In this document: positions 7,658 through 17,019 of the stretch, one piece after another | How positions within the stretch are numbered: the stretch's first letter is position 1 | Layout: each line of letters opens with the position of its first letter | Origin: Acidobacteriota bacterium | GTDB taxonomy: Bacteria > Acidobacteriota > UBA4820 > DSQY01 | Length of the DNA: 64,000 bases | NCBI GenBank assembly: GCA_037444825.1 | Contig: JBBILR010000008.1 | Span: forward strand, 17,450 to 81,449 | Reading direction: 5' to 3' | Made by a program: the position numbers and the translations under genes | Notes under the pieces: generated by a model | What the model was told of the DNA's origin: nothing | The model's input: only the letters and a program-made list of their open reading frames with translations | Databases searched by the model: none

Positions 7658-9469
7658 GTGCTCCGGGAAGACATCCGCAACGTCGCCATCATCGCCCACG
7701 TGGACCACGGCAAGACCACGCTGGTGGACGCCATGCTCTGGCAGTCCGGCATCTTCCGGAAGGGCCAGGAGGTCATGGAGCGGGTCCTGGACAGCAACGA
7801 CCTGGAGCGGGAGAAGGGCATCACCATCCTGGCCAAGAACACCTCCGTGACCTTCCGGGGCGTCAAGATCAACATCGTGGACACCCCCGGCCACGCCGAC
7901 TTCGGCGGGGAGGTGGAGCGGGCCCTCACCATGGTGGACGGCGTGCTCCTTCTGGTGGACGCGGCGGAGGGGCCCCTCCCCCAGAGCCGCTTCGTCCTCC
8001 GGAAGGCGCTGGAGCGAAGCCTGCCCGCCGTGGTGGTGATCAACAAGATCGACCGGAGCGACGCCCGTCCCGAGGAGGTCCTGAACGAGATCTACGACCT
8101 CTTCATCGACCTCGACGCCACCGAGGACCAGATCGGCTTCCCGGTGGTCTACACCGACGCCCGGAAGGGCACCGCCACCCGGGACCTGAAGAAGCCGGGC
8201 CGGGACCTCCTGCCCCTCTTCGAGGCGATTCTCGACACCGTCCCCGCCCCCGAGGACCAATCCTCGGAAGCGCTCCAGGCCTGGATCACCAACGTGGACT
8301 ACAACGACTACGTGGGCCGGCTGGGGCTCTGCCGCGTGGTGAAGGGCATCCTTCGGACGGGGAGGGACCTCTGCCTCCATCAGGAAGGCAAGGTGCGGAA
8401 GGGCCGCATCACCGCCCTCTACACCTTCTCGGGCCTCGAGCGGGTGGAGACGGAGGAGGTGCGGTCGGGGGACCTCTGCGCCGTGGCGGGCTTTCCCGAG
8501 GCGGGCATCGGCGACACCCTCTGCGAGCCGGAGGCGCCGGCGGTCCTCCCCCGCATCCGGGTGGACGAACCCACCCTCTCCATGGTCTTCTCCGCCAACC
8601 AGTCCCCCTTCGCGGGCAAGGAGGGCCGGTTCGTCACCGCCCGCCAGATCCGCAACCGCCTGGAGAAGGAGGCCCTTCGGAACGTGAGCCTGCGGGTGGT
8701 CTTTCCCGAGACCGGCGACCAGTTCGAGGTGATGGGGCGGGGGGAGCTCCAGCTGGCCATCCTCATCGAGACCATGCGGCGGGAGGGCTTCGAGCTGGCG
8801 GTGGGCCGCCCCCGGATCCTCACCCGGCGGGAACCGGACGGGCGGATTCTGGAGCCCATGGAGATCGTCCAGGTGGACTGCCCCGAGGCCTTCCTCGGCG
8901 CGGTGACCCAGCTCCTGGGAAGCCGCCGGGGCCGGATGCTCAAGATGGTGAACCACGGCTCGGGGCGGGCCCGCATGGACTGGCGCATGCCCAGCCGGGG
9001 CCTCATCGGGCTGAGGACCCAGTTTCTCACCGAGACGCGGGGGCTGGGGATCCTCAACCACCTCTTCGACGGCTACGACGCCTGGCAGGGGCCCATCCCC
9101 GGCCGGATGACCGGAGCCCTGGTGGCCGACCGGCCGGGAAGGGCCACCGCCTACGCCATCGAGCACCTGGAGAGCCGGGGCACCTTCTTCATCGCGCCGG
9201 GAACCCCCGTCTACGAGGGGATGATCGTGGGGGAGAACAACCGGGAGAAGGACCTGGACGTCAACGTGGTCAAGGAGAAGCACCTGACCAACATGCGGGC
9301 CTCCACCGCCGACGACGCGGCCCGCCTGGTTCCTCCCCGAATCCTCAACCTGGAGCAGTGCCTGGAGTTCCTGGCCGACGACGAACTCCTGGAGGTGACC
9401 CCCCAGTCCCTCCGGCTCCGCAAGAAGGTCCTCAAGCAGGGCGACCGCTACCGGGAGCGCCCCCGCTGA
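7658..9469 (+). CDS. typA: Translational GTPase TypA/BipA
   Basis: The N-terminus reads [19 protein letters not shown]...[14 protein letters not shown]...NKIDR. The length (603 aa) fits BipA. It has a GTG start. Confidence 0.9.
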   Translation: MLREDIRNVAIIAHVDHGKTTLVDAMLWQSGIFRKGQEVMERVLDSNDLEREKGITILAKNTSVTFRGVKINIVDTPGHADFGGEVERALTMVDGVLLLVDAAEGPLPQSRFVLRKALERSLPAVVVINKIDRSDARPEEVLNEIYDLFIDLDATEDQIGFPVVYTDARKGTATRDLKKPGRDLLPLFEAILDTVPAPEDQSSEALQAWITNVDYNDYVGRLGLCRVVKGILRTGRDLCLHQEGKVRKGRITALYTFSGLERVETEEVRSGDLCAVAGFPEAGIGDTLCEPEAPAVLPRIRVDEPTLSMVFSANQSPFAGKEGRFVTARQIRNRLEKEALRNVSLRVVFPETGDQFEVMGRGELQLAILIETMRREGFELAVGRPRILTRREPDGRILEPMEIVQVDCPEAFLGAVTQLLGSRRGRMLKMVNHGSGRARMDWRMPSRGLIGLRTQFLTETRGLGILNHLFDGYDAWQGPIPGRMTGALVADRPGRATAYAIEHLESRGTFFIAPGTPVYEGMIVGENNREKDLDVNVVKEKHLTNMRASTADDAARLVPPRILNLEQCLEFLADDELLEVTPQSLRLRKKVLKQGDRYRERPR

Positions 9470-9478
9470 GGCCCTGCC

Positions 9479-12400
9479 TCACCCCTCGCGATCCAGAAGG
9501 TCCAGAAAGGCCGCCACCACCGCGGGGTCGAAGCGGCGTCCCGCCTCCTCCTTCAGGTAGTCCCGGACCTTCTCCGGCGGCCAGGCCGCCCGGTAGGGCC
9601 GGTCGGAGGAGAGGGCGTCGTAGGAGTCCACCACCGAAAAGATCCGAGCCGCCAGCGGAATGGCGTCTCCCTGGAGGCCCCGGGGGTAGCCCTTCCCGTC
9701 CCACCGCTCGTGGTGGCAGGTGGGGATGTCCAGCGCCGGCCTCAGGAACTCGATGGGGGAGAGGAGGTCGGCGGCGTACCCCGTGTGGCGCTTCATGACG
9801 GCCCACTCCTCCTCGGTGAGGGGGCCCGGCTTGAGCAGGATGGCGTCGGGGATCCCCATCTTGCCGATGTCGTGGAGGAGCGCCCCCCGCCGGATGTGGG
9901 CCAGCTCCGTTTCGGGAAGGGAGAAGGCCCGGGCCAGCCGGACGGTGAGTTCCGCCACCCGCAACGTGTGGCCCTGGGTCTCCCGGTCCCTCAGTTCCAG
10001 AGCCCTGGACCACCCCTCCAGCGTGGTCTCGTAGGCGGAGGCCAGTTCCAGGTTGGTCTTCTGGAGGTTTTCGAAGAGCCCCACGTTGTCCACGGCGATG
10101 GCCGCCTGCCCGGCCAGCGTGTCCAGAAAGTCCAGCCATTCGGCGTCGGGGTTCAGGTAAGAACGGTGGAAGACCTCCAGGACCCCCTTGACCTGACCTC
10201 GGGAGAGGAGGGGAACGGCGAAGTACGCCCGGAAGTCCTCCGAGAGGAAGAGGGGCGAGCGGGCGAACTCCTCGGGGGAGTGCTTGAGGTCCTCCACCCG
10301 AACCCGGCGCCGGCTCAGTGCGGCCTTTCCCGCGAAGCACTGCCCCAGGTGCAGGCGGGTGTGCCGCAGGGCGTCGGTCCGAAAGCCCCGGGAGGCGGCG
10401 AATTCCAGCGTCTGGTCCACGGGGTCCAGGAGGAGGATGGCGGCGGCGTCCACTTCCAGCCGGGAAACGGCCTGCTCCAGGAAGGTCGCGAGGACGGTCT
10501 TCAGGTCCAGGCTCGCCGAGATGGCGGCGTCGATGGTCCGCAGGGCCGAGAGGCGCTCCACCTGGCGCCGGACCCTCAGCTCCGTCCGCTTCCGCTCGGT
10601 GATGTCCCTCACGGCCGTTACCCGCACCGAACGGCCGGCGAAGGGCAGGGGCCGGGCCCGCACCTCCACGGGGAACTCCGAACCGTCCCTCCTCAGGAAG
10701 AGGAACTCGACGGGCTCCTCGGAAAAGGTCTCCAGGTACGCCGCCGCCCGTTCCCGGTGGGCGGGGGCCACGAAGTCCAGCACCGGCCTTCCCAGGATTT
10801 CCGGCAAGGTGTAGCCGGTCATTTGGGCCAGGCGGGGGTTGGCGTCCAGGACCCTCCCCCGGTCGCTGATGCACACCCCTTCGAAGGCCGCCTCGGCGAG
10901 GCGCCGGAAGCGCTCCTCGCTCTCCCGGACGGCCTCCTGGGAGCGGAGCCGCTCCAGGGCCGTGGCGAGAAAGCCCGCCAGCGTGGAAAGGGTCTCCAAG
11001 TCGTGTTCCGAGAAGCGGTTCTCCCTGGCGCTCTCCACGTTCACCACGCCGAGGATCCGCCCGCCGGCCTTGAGCGGCACGCAGAGCTCCGAACGGACGG
11101 CGGGGTCCAGGGCGATGTAGTCGGGCTCCTTCCTCACGTCGGGAACCAACAGGGGCTTGCCGCTGACCGCCACACGCCCGGTGATGCCCTTCCCCAGGGG
11201 AACCGCGTCGAAGCCGGGGCTTCGGTCCTTGCGGGAGTAGGAGTCGGAGAGGACCAGCACGCCGCGGGCGGCGTCGAGGAGGAGGACCCCGCAGTTGTCG
11301 GGGTAGAGCTCCTCCTGGACCACCGCCGTGAAGCCCTCGAGGAGAGCGCGTTCGTCGGAGGCCTCCACCGCCAGGGAGGCGACGCGGCTGAGGGCCTTGA
11401 GTTCCCGCACCTGTCGCTGGAGGGCCTTCTCCGCCCGAACCCGTTCGGTCACCTCCCGGGTGGTGAAGACGATGCCACCGATGGCGGGGTTGTGCAGCTG
11501 GTTGTTGGCCACGGCCTCCAGGTAGACGTAGTGGCCGTCGGCGTGGCGCATGCGGAAGACGAAGGGCTTTTCCGGGACGCGGCCCTCCAGCATCTGAGCC
11601 ACCATCTTGCGGGCCTGGGCCTCGTCATGGGGGTGGACTTTGTCGAAGTGGCTGCCCCCCAGGAGGCCGCCGGGGCCGTAGCCCAGAATCCGGCCGACGG
11701 AGGGGCTCTCGTAGAGCACCGTCCAGTCCGGGCCGTGGACGGTGATCAGGTCGTGGCTCTGCTGGACCAGGTCCCGGAAGCGCTGCTCGCTGGCCTGGAG
11801 GGCCTCCTCGGCCTTGCGCCGCTGGGCCACCTCCCAGGCGAGGTCGTCCACCGTGCGCCGGAGGTCCGCCGTCCGGGACTGGACCCGCTCCTCCAGCGCC
11901 GCCCGTTCCTCTTCCAGGGCCTCCGTGAGCCGCCGGATCTCCCAGAGGCCGGCCATCTGCCGCACGAAGCCCAGGGCCACCATCAACAGCAGGGCGCCGA
12001 AGGCCGGCAGGGGGAAGGCGCCGCCGGAGGCGGCGAAGAGGGCCAAAAGGGCGAGGAAGAGGGCGCCGTGGGCCAGGATCACCGAGGTCCGGAGAAGGGC
12101 CGGATCCTCGGGGGCTTCGGCCCCCTCCTCGAGGGCCTGCGGCGGGGGAGCGGAAAAGAGGACGGCGGAAAAACCGGCGAGGGCGTGGCTGGCCATGTAG
12201 CCGAAACTCACGAAGTCCGCGTAGGTCTTGACGCCGGCCAAGAGGAAGATGGAGTAGAAGAAGTCCGTCACGATGAGGGTTCCCGCCGAGAGGGCCAGGA
12301 GGCGGAAGGAGGTCCGTTGGGAATCGCCCCCCCGCCGGAACAGCAGGCGCAGGACCGCCCAGAGGAGGATGAGGTCCCCCGCGGGGTAGGCGACGGCCAG

Positions 12401-12931
12401 GAAGGCGGCCGCGGCGGAAGTTCCCGGCAAGAAGGCCCGGGGCTCCACCACGAAGGTCCAGAGGGCCAGCGCCCCGGCCAGAGCCACCACCCCGAGGTCC
12501 AGAAAGAGCCGAAGGCGCTCCCCCCGCCCCAAAGGGCGTTGGGGCAGGCGGAGGACCCCCGCCAGGAAGAGGGGGTAGAAGGCCAGGTACAGGCCGTTCA
12601 GGAGGACGGAAGCCCCCCCTCCCGCCACCAACGGCACGCGGAAGAGGGAGGCCATGAGGTCCCCCAGCCCGTAGGCCAGAAAGGCCAACGCCAACAGAAC
12701 CCAGGGGTTTCGCCAGCGGGGGTCCGGCTGGCGGAAGGCGGTCCAGAGAACGGCGGCCGAGAGGGCCAGGGAGAGGACCGTCTCCAACAGGCCCGCCTGG
12801 GTCTCCCAGGCCCCGGGGCCGGAGCCGGAGAACTTCAGGGCGGGAAAGAGGGCGAAGACGGCCAGGCAGAAGGCGGCCCACAGGAACGCCGGACGCTTCT
12901 CCCTCCACCGGGGTGCCTCGGCAGGCGCCAT
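9479..12931 (-). CDS. Membrane-anchored multi-sensor HD-GYP c-di-GMP phosphodiesterase (N-terminal multi-TM domain, then PAS-GAF-PAS-GAF, then HD-GYP)
   Basis: The C-terminus reads LLHDIGKMGIP...HHERWDGKGYPRGL...DSYDALSSDRPYR, which is HD-GYP. There are two PAS-like segments and two GAF-like segments, and an N-terminal ~300 aa hydrophobic multi-helix region. The start is reassigned to MAPAEAP (ATG at 12929-12931), which has a GGAGGTGG RBS 8 nt upstream. Confidence 0.8.
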   Translation of the reverse strand: MAPAEAPRWREKRPAFLWAAFCLAVFALFPALKFSGSGPGAWETQAGLLETVLSLALSAAVLWTAFRQPDPRWRNPWVLLALAFLAYGLGDLMASLFRVPLVAGGGASVLLNGLYLAFYPLFLAGVLRLPQRPLGRGERLRLFLDLGVVALAGALALWTFVVEPRAFLPGTSAAAAFLAVAYPAGDLILLWAVLRLLFRRGGDSQRTSFRLLALSAGTLIVTDFFYSIFLLAGVKTYADFVSFGYMASHALAGFSAVLFSAPPPQALEEGAEAPEDPALLRTSVILAHGALFLALLALFAASGGAFPLPAFGALLLMVALGFVRQMAGLWEIRRLTEALEEERAALEERVQSRTADLRRTVDDLAWEVAQRRKAEEALQASEQRFRDLVQQSHDLITVHGPDWTVLYESPSVGRILGYGPGGLLGGSHFDKVHPHDEAQARKMVAQMLEGRVPEKPFVFRMRHADGHYVYLEAVANNQLHNPAIGGIVFTTREVTERVRAEKALQRQVRELKALSRVASLAVEASDERALLEGFTAVVQEELYPDNCGVLLLDAARGVLVLSDSYSRKDRSPGFDAVPLGKGITGRVAVSGKPLLVPDVRKEPDYIALDPAVRSELCVPLKAGGRILGVVNVESARENRFSEHDLETLSTLAGFLATALERLRSQEAVRESEERFRRLAEAAFEGVCISDRGRVLDANPRLAQMTGYTLPEILGRPVLDFVAPAHRERAAAYLETFSEEPVEFLFLRRDGSEFPVEVRARPLPFAGRSVRVTAVRDITERKRTELRVRRQVERLSALRTIDAAISASLDLKTVLATFLEQAVSRLEVDAAAILLLDPVDQTLEFAASRGFRTDALRHTRLHLGQCFAGKAALSRRRVRVEDLKHSPEEFARSPLFLSEDFRAYFAVPLLSRGQVKGVLEVFHRSYLNPDAEWLDFLDTLAGQAAIAVDNVGLFENLQKTNLELASAYETTLEGWSRALELRDRETQGHTLRVAELTVRLARAFSLPETELAHIRRGALLHDIGKMGIPDAILLKPGPLTEEEWAVMKRHTGYAADLLSPIEFLRPALDIPTCHHERWDGKGYPRGLQGDAIPLAARIFSVVDSYDALSSDRPYRAAWPPEKVRDYLKEEAGRRFDPAVVAAFLDLLDREG

Positions 12932-13104
12932 GGCCGCCACCTCCACCCTTCCCGAGAGGAACCGCCCCATTCGCCGCCGGGACCCTCCCGCCCCGGCCGC
13001 TTCCTGTGGGGTACTGTACAACGTTTTTCAGGGGTATGAAATTGCGGCCGCCCCGGCGCCCACCCTTTCCGGTGTACACTTTCCCTTCGCACCCGGAGGA
13101 GACC

Positions 13105-13845
13105 ATGGAGAGCCGAATCGCCCGCGCCCTCGGTTCATCCTGCGAGCCGGTGGCCGTCTTCTTCGCCTCCCGCCGCCCCCCCGGCGCGGCCCGCTTCAAG
13201 GAGGGCCGCTGGGGGTGCGTGGTGGAGATGCTGGCCTTCGCCGCCCGCGGGTATTCGGCGGTCTTCGACGAGAAGACCGTCGGGTGCCGGGGGGGCATCC
13301 GGGGGCTCTGCCTCGGGGAGGGCTACGAGGACCCGGCCTCCCTGGCCCGGTTCCTCTCCACGGGGGGCGGCCGGGGGGCGGAGGGCGGCCTTCGGTTCCT
13401 CAAGACCCCGGCCCTGGCCCGGCGGTTCCTCGAACACCTGCCTGTCCGGCGCCCTTCCCGGCCCTTCGTGGTCTTCAAGGCCCTCTCCCGCGTGGACGGG
13501 CGGAGGGAGAGGCCGGAGGTGGTGGTCTTTCTCGCCACCGCCGACGAGGTGGCGGCCCTGGTGACCCTGGCCCACTACGACCGGCCGGGGGAGGAGGCGG
13601 TGGCCGTTCCCTTCGCCTCGGCCTGCCAGGCCGTCTTCCTCCTCCCCCTTCTGGAGGGGGAGCGGGAAAAGCCCCGGGCGGTCCTCGGAGGCATGGACCT
13701 CAGCGCCCGGGTGCACCTGGACCCGGGCGTCCTCACCTTCGCCGTGCCCTACGTCCTCTTCCGCCGGATGGAGCGGAACGTCGCCGGCAGTTTCCTGGAA
13801 GCGCCGGTCTGGACCCGGCTCCGCGGCCGCAAGAACGGGAGTTGA
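13105..13845 (+). CDS. DUF169-family protein (COG2043-like). Its function is unknown.
   Basis: The 246-aa ORF has a GGAGGAG RBS upstream of ATG 13105. It ends 3 nt before the agcS start, so it is probably co-transcribed. Confidence 0.55.
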   Translation: MESRIARALGSSCEPVAVFFASRRPPGAARFKEGRWGCVVEMLAFAARGYSAVFDEKTVGCRGGIRGLCLGEGYEDPASLARFLSTGGGRGAEGGLRFLKTPALARRFLEHLPVRRPSRPFVVFKALSRVDGRRERPEVVVFLATADEVAALVTLAHYDRPGEEAVAVPFASACQAVFLLPLLEGEREKPRAVLGGMDLSARVHLDPGVLTFAVPYVLFRRMERNVAGSFLEAPVWTRLRGRKNGS

Positions 13846-13848
13846 GCC

Positions 13849-15606
13849 ATGGCTTTGTTGGAAGCGCTGGTCGGCGGTCTCAAAGCCCTCCTCCTCGCCC
13901 TGAACGACCTCATCTGGAACTGGCCCCAGGCCTTTCCCACGCTGGTGGCCCTCCTCCTGGGGACGGGCGTCGTCACGACGGTGAGGCTCAAGTTCGTGCA
14001 GATCCGCCGCTTCGGCCACGGCGTCCGGGTGCTGAGGGGGGACTTCGACGACCCCCGGAACCGCGGGGAGCTCACCCACTTCCAGGCGCTCTCCACGGCG
14101 CTCTCGGCCACCGTGGGCATCGGCAACATCGCCGGCGTGGCCACGGCCATCCACTACGGCGGTCCCGGCGCCATGTTCTGGATGTGGGTCACCGCCGTCC
14201 TCGGCATGGCGCTGAAGTACACCGAAGTCACCCTCGCGCAGCGGTACCGCGTGGTGACGCCGTCGGGGGACGTGGCCGGCGGGCCCATGTACTCCATCGA
14301 GCGGGGCCTCGGCCCGAAGTGGAAGCCCCTGGCCGTGGCCTTCGCCGCCTTCACGGTCGTCTCCTCCTTCGGCTCCGGAAACGCCGTCCAGGCCTTCACC
14401 GTGGCCGACCAGTTCCGGCAGGACCTCCACGTTCCCACCTGGGCCACCGGGCTCCTCTGCGCCGGCCTGGTGGCGGCGGTGATCCTGGGCGGCATCCGGC
14501 GCATCGGCGCGGTCACGCAGGTCCTCTCCCCGCTGATGTGCGGCCTGTACGTCGTGGGCGGCCTGCTGGTCCTCCTCCTCCACTGGAACCTCATCCTGCC
14601 CACCTTCGGCGAGATCCTGACCTCGGCCTTCCGCCCGGCGGCGGCGGTGGGAGGCTTTTCGGGGGCGGGCTTCGTCTTTCTCTTGACGTGGGGGGTGAAG
14701 CGGGGCCTCTTCTCCAACGAGTCCGGCCAGGGCTCGGCGCCCATCGCCCATTCGGCGGCGAGGACCGACGAGCCGGTTCGGGAGGGGATGGTGGCGTTGT
14801 TGGAGCCCTTCATCGACACCCTGGTGGTCTGCTCCATGACGGGGCTCGTCGTCGTCATGTCGGGCCTCTGGCACGAGAAGCAGGAACAGACCCTGCCGCT
14901 CAACCGCCAGTCCAACCTCCGGGCGGTGGCCGGGGAGGTGCGGCTGGGTCCCAACGGCGTCCTCGCCTCCGGCGAGGCGGCGGCGGGAGTCTTCGCCGTG
15001 GAGGAGGGCCGGTTCCAGGGCTTCGCGGTGATCCGCAACCAGGGGACGGTGGAGGGGGCCCTTCTCCTCGCCGGCGGACGGGACTTCCTCGGTCCCTCCC
15101 CCCGGCCCTTCACCGGAACCATCGTCTTTTCCGGAGAGGCCCCGGGGGACCTGGTCTCGGCCGCCTTCACGTGGAAGGACGGGCGCCGGGAGGAGGCCGC
15201 GCGCCTGTGGCTCCGCGGGCGGGCCCTCCAGAACGGGTCCCCCCTCACCTCCTGGGCCTTCGAGCAGGGGCTCTCCCCCCTCTTTCCCGGGGGCCGCTTC
15301 CTCGTCACCCTCGGCGTGTTCCTCTTTGCCGTTTCCACGGCCATCTCCTGGTCCTACTACGGGGACCGGGCCGTCACCTACCTCTTCGGCGAACGGTGGA
15401 TCCTCCCCTACCGGGCCGTCTTCTGCCTCGTCCACTTCCTCGGCGCCGTCTACTCCCTGGAACTGGTCTGGACCTTCGGAGACACCGCCCTGGGCCTCAT
15501 GAGCCTCCCCAACCTGCTGGCCATCCTCCTCCTCACCGGCCAGGTCCGGACCATGACGGAGGCCTACGTGCGGGAGGGCAAGATGAACCCTCCCCGGCGA
15601 GCGTGA
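13849..15606 (+). CDS. Sodium:alanine (amino-acid carrier, AGCS family) symporter with a ~130-aa soluble insertion
   Basis: It has AGCS N-terminal motifs (TALSATVGIGNIAGVATAIHYGGPGAMFWMW). The 585-aa length exceeds the ~470 aa typical of the family. The hydrophilic insert is LWHEKQEQ...WAFEQGLSP. Confidence 0.8.
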   Translation: MALLEALVGGLKALLLALNDLIWNWPQAFPTLVALLLGTGVVTTVRLKFVQIRRFGHGVRVLRGDFDDPRNRGELTHFQALSTALSATVGIGNIAGVATAIHYGGPGAMFWMWVTAVLGMALKYTEVTLAQRYRVVTPSGDVAGGPMYSIERGLGPKWKPLAVAFAAFTVVSSFGSGNAVQAFTVADQFRQDLHVPTWATGLLCAGLVAAVILGGIRRIGAVTQVLSPLMCGLYVVGGLLVLLLHWNLILPTFGEILTSAFRPAAAVGGFSGAGFVFLLTWGVKRGLFSNESGQGSAPIAHSAARTDEPVREGMVALLEPFIDTLVVCSMTGLVVVMSGLWHEKQEQTLPLNRQSNLRAVAGEVRLGPNGVLASGEAAAGVFAVEEGRFQGFAVIRNQGTVEGALLLAGGRDFLGPSPRPFTGTIVFSGEAPGDLVSAAFTWKDGRREEAARLWLRGRALQNGSPLTSWAFEQGLSPLFPGGRFLVTLGVFLFAVSTAISWSYYGDRAVTYLFGERWILPYRAVFCLVHFLGAVYSLELVWTFGDTALGLMSLPNLLAILLLTGQVRTMTEAYVREGKMNPPRRA

Positions 15607-15620
15607 AGGGCCAAAAGAAA

Positions 15621-15641
15621 GGGGCGGCGACGAGCCGCCCC
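15621..15641. terminator. GC hairpin between the convergent agcS and ftsZ genes (candidate bidirectional terminator)
   Basis: The sequence ggggcggcgacgagccgcccc forms an 8-bp perfect stem with a 5-nt loop. Confidence 0.4.
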
Positions 15642-15681
15642 GAGGCAGGGAGGGATGTCCGGATGAAACGCGAAACGAGGT

Positions 15682-16974
15682 CTAGACCCGCTTCTTGCGG
15701 GAGAAGAGCAGGCCGCCCTTCTTTTCCCGCTCGGTGATGGGGGTCTGGTACTGTTCCCAGTCCCGGTCGGGGATGCCGCCGGGGGTGGGGGGCGTCTCGT
15801 TGGGGTTCATGACCATGCCGCCGCGGGGGAGGCCCATGGCCCGGTAGGGCCCGGCGGCCGCCTCCGGAAGGGCCGAATCCACGCCGGGGACGTTGCCGAA
15901 GGGCGCCGCGGGACCCGACTCCGCCAAGGGAAGGTTGGGGGTGACGGCCCGGAGGACCGAACGGCCCGCCTCCAGACCGCGAACGCCGTCGTCGAAGGCG
16001 GCGGCCACCACGGTGACCCGAAGGTCGTCTCCCAGGCGGTTGTCCAGGCTGGTCCCGAAGAGGAGGTGGACCTCGGGGTGGGCCTTCTCCCGCACGAGGT
16101 CGCAGATGGTCTTCACCTCCTTGAGGCCGGGGCTCTTGGCGGAGGCGATGTTCACCAGGATGGACCGGGCCCCCTGAATGGAGGCGTCCTCCAGGAGGGG
16201 GTTGTTGGCGGCCTTGCCCGCCGCCACCACGGCGCGGTCGGGACCGGAGGCCTGCCCCATCCCCATGACGGCCCGGCCCCCGGCGGAGAGAACCGTCCGG
16301 GCGTCCTCGAAGTCAAGGTTCACCTGGCCAGGTTGGGTGATGAGGTCGGAGATCCCCTGCACCCCCTGGCGGAGGACGTCGTCGGCGGCCAGAAAGGCCT
16401 CGTCCAGCGTCACGTCCTCCGGCAGGCAGGAAAAGAGATTCTCGTTGGGAATGACGATGAGGGTGGTGTCTCCCTCCCGGAACTGGGACAGGCCCCAGGC
16501 GGCGTTCCTCTCCCGCGCGGCCCCCTCGTAGGAGAAGGGCTTGGTCACCACCGCCACCGTCAGGGCCCCCGCGTCGTGGGCCAGCCGGGCGATGTAGGGT
16601 GCGGCGCCGGTGCCGGTCCCGCCCCCCATGCCGGCGGTGACGAAGACGAGGTCCGCCCCCTCCAGGTGGCGGGTGAGGAGTTCGGTGTCTTCGATGGCGG
16701 CGTTCTCCCCGCGCTCGGGGTGCCCCCCCGTCCCCAGGCCCTGGGTGATCTTCTGTCCGATGGCCACCTTGACGGGGGCCAGGGACTTTTCCAGGTCCTG
16801 GTAGTCGGTGTTGACGGCGATGAACTCCACCCCCTTGACCCCCGCCGAGATCATGCGGTTGAGCGCGTTCCCGCCGGCGCCCCCCACGCCGACGACCTTG
16901 ATGCGCACCTTCCGCACGCCTTCTGCCTTTTGGGGCTCCTCCATCGTGAACACCAGCCCTTCTTCCCGTTCCAT
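15682..16974 (-). CDS. ftsZ: Cell division protein FtsZ
   Basis: The product reads IKVVGVGGAGGNALNRM...GGTGTGAAP. The start is assigned to MEREEG, which has AAGGGGG 6 nt upstream. The ORF track start at 16995 is the alternative. Confidence 0.9.
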   Translation of the reverse strand: MEREEGLVFTMEEPQKAEGVRKVRIKVVGVGGAGGNALNRMISAGVKGVEFIAVNTDYQDLEKSLAPVKVAIGQKITQGLGTGGHPERGENAAIEDTELLTRHLEGADLVFVTAGMGGGTGTGAAPYIARLAHDAGALTVAVVTKPFSYEGAARERNAAWGLSQFREGDTTLIVIPNENLFSCLPEDVTLDEAFLAADDVLRQGVQGISDLITQPGQVNLDFEDARTVLSAGGRAVMGMGQASGPDRAVVAAGKAANNPLLEDASIQGARSILVNIASAKSPGLKEVKTICDLVREKAHPEVHLLFGTSLDNRLGDDLRVTVVAAAFDDGVRGLEAGRSVLRAVTPNLPLAESGPAAPFGNVPGVDSALPEAAAGPYRAMGLPRGGMVMNPNETPPTPGGIPDRDWEQYQTPITEREKKGGLLFSRKKRV

Positions 16975-17019
16975 GTGCGACCCCCTTTCGAACATCCCTG
17001 CCCGAAGGCGCCCTCGCCT

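Noticed and set aside
13000-13050. A possible sigma-54 -24/-12 element (GGtatgaaattGC) upstream of the DUF169 gene
   Set aside because: The GG-to-GC spacing is 9 nt, not 10, and there is no TGGCAC/TTGCA context. It is probably just an AT-rich sigma-70-type region.
13135-15435. A 766-aa minus ORF and a 935-aa plus ORF (12930..15737) covering DUF169/agcS
   Set aside because: Both are alternative frames of the agcS region with Gly/Arg/Pro-rich translations. agcS has unmistakable transporter motifs, so the others are discarded.
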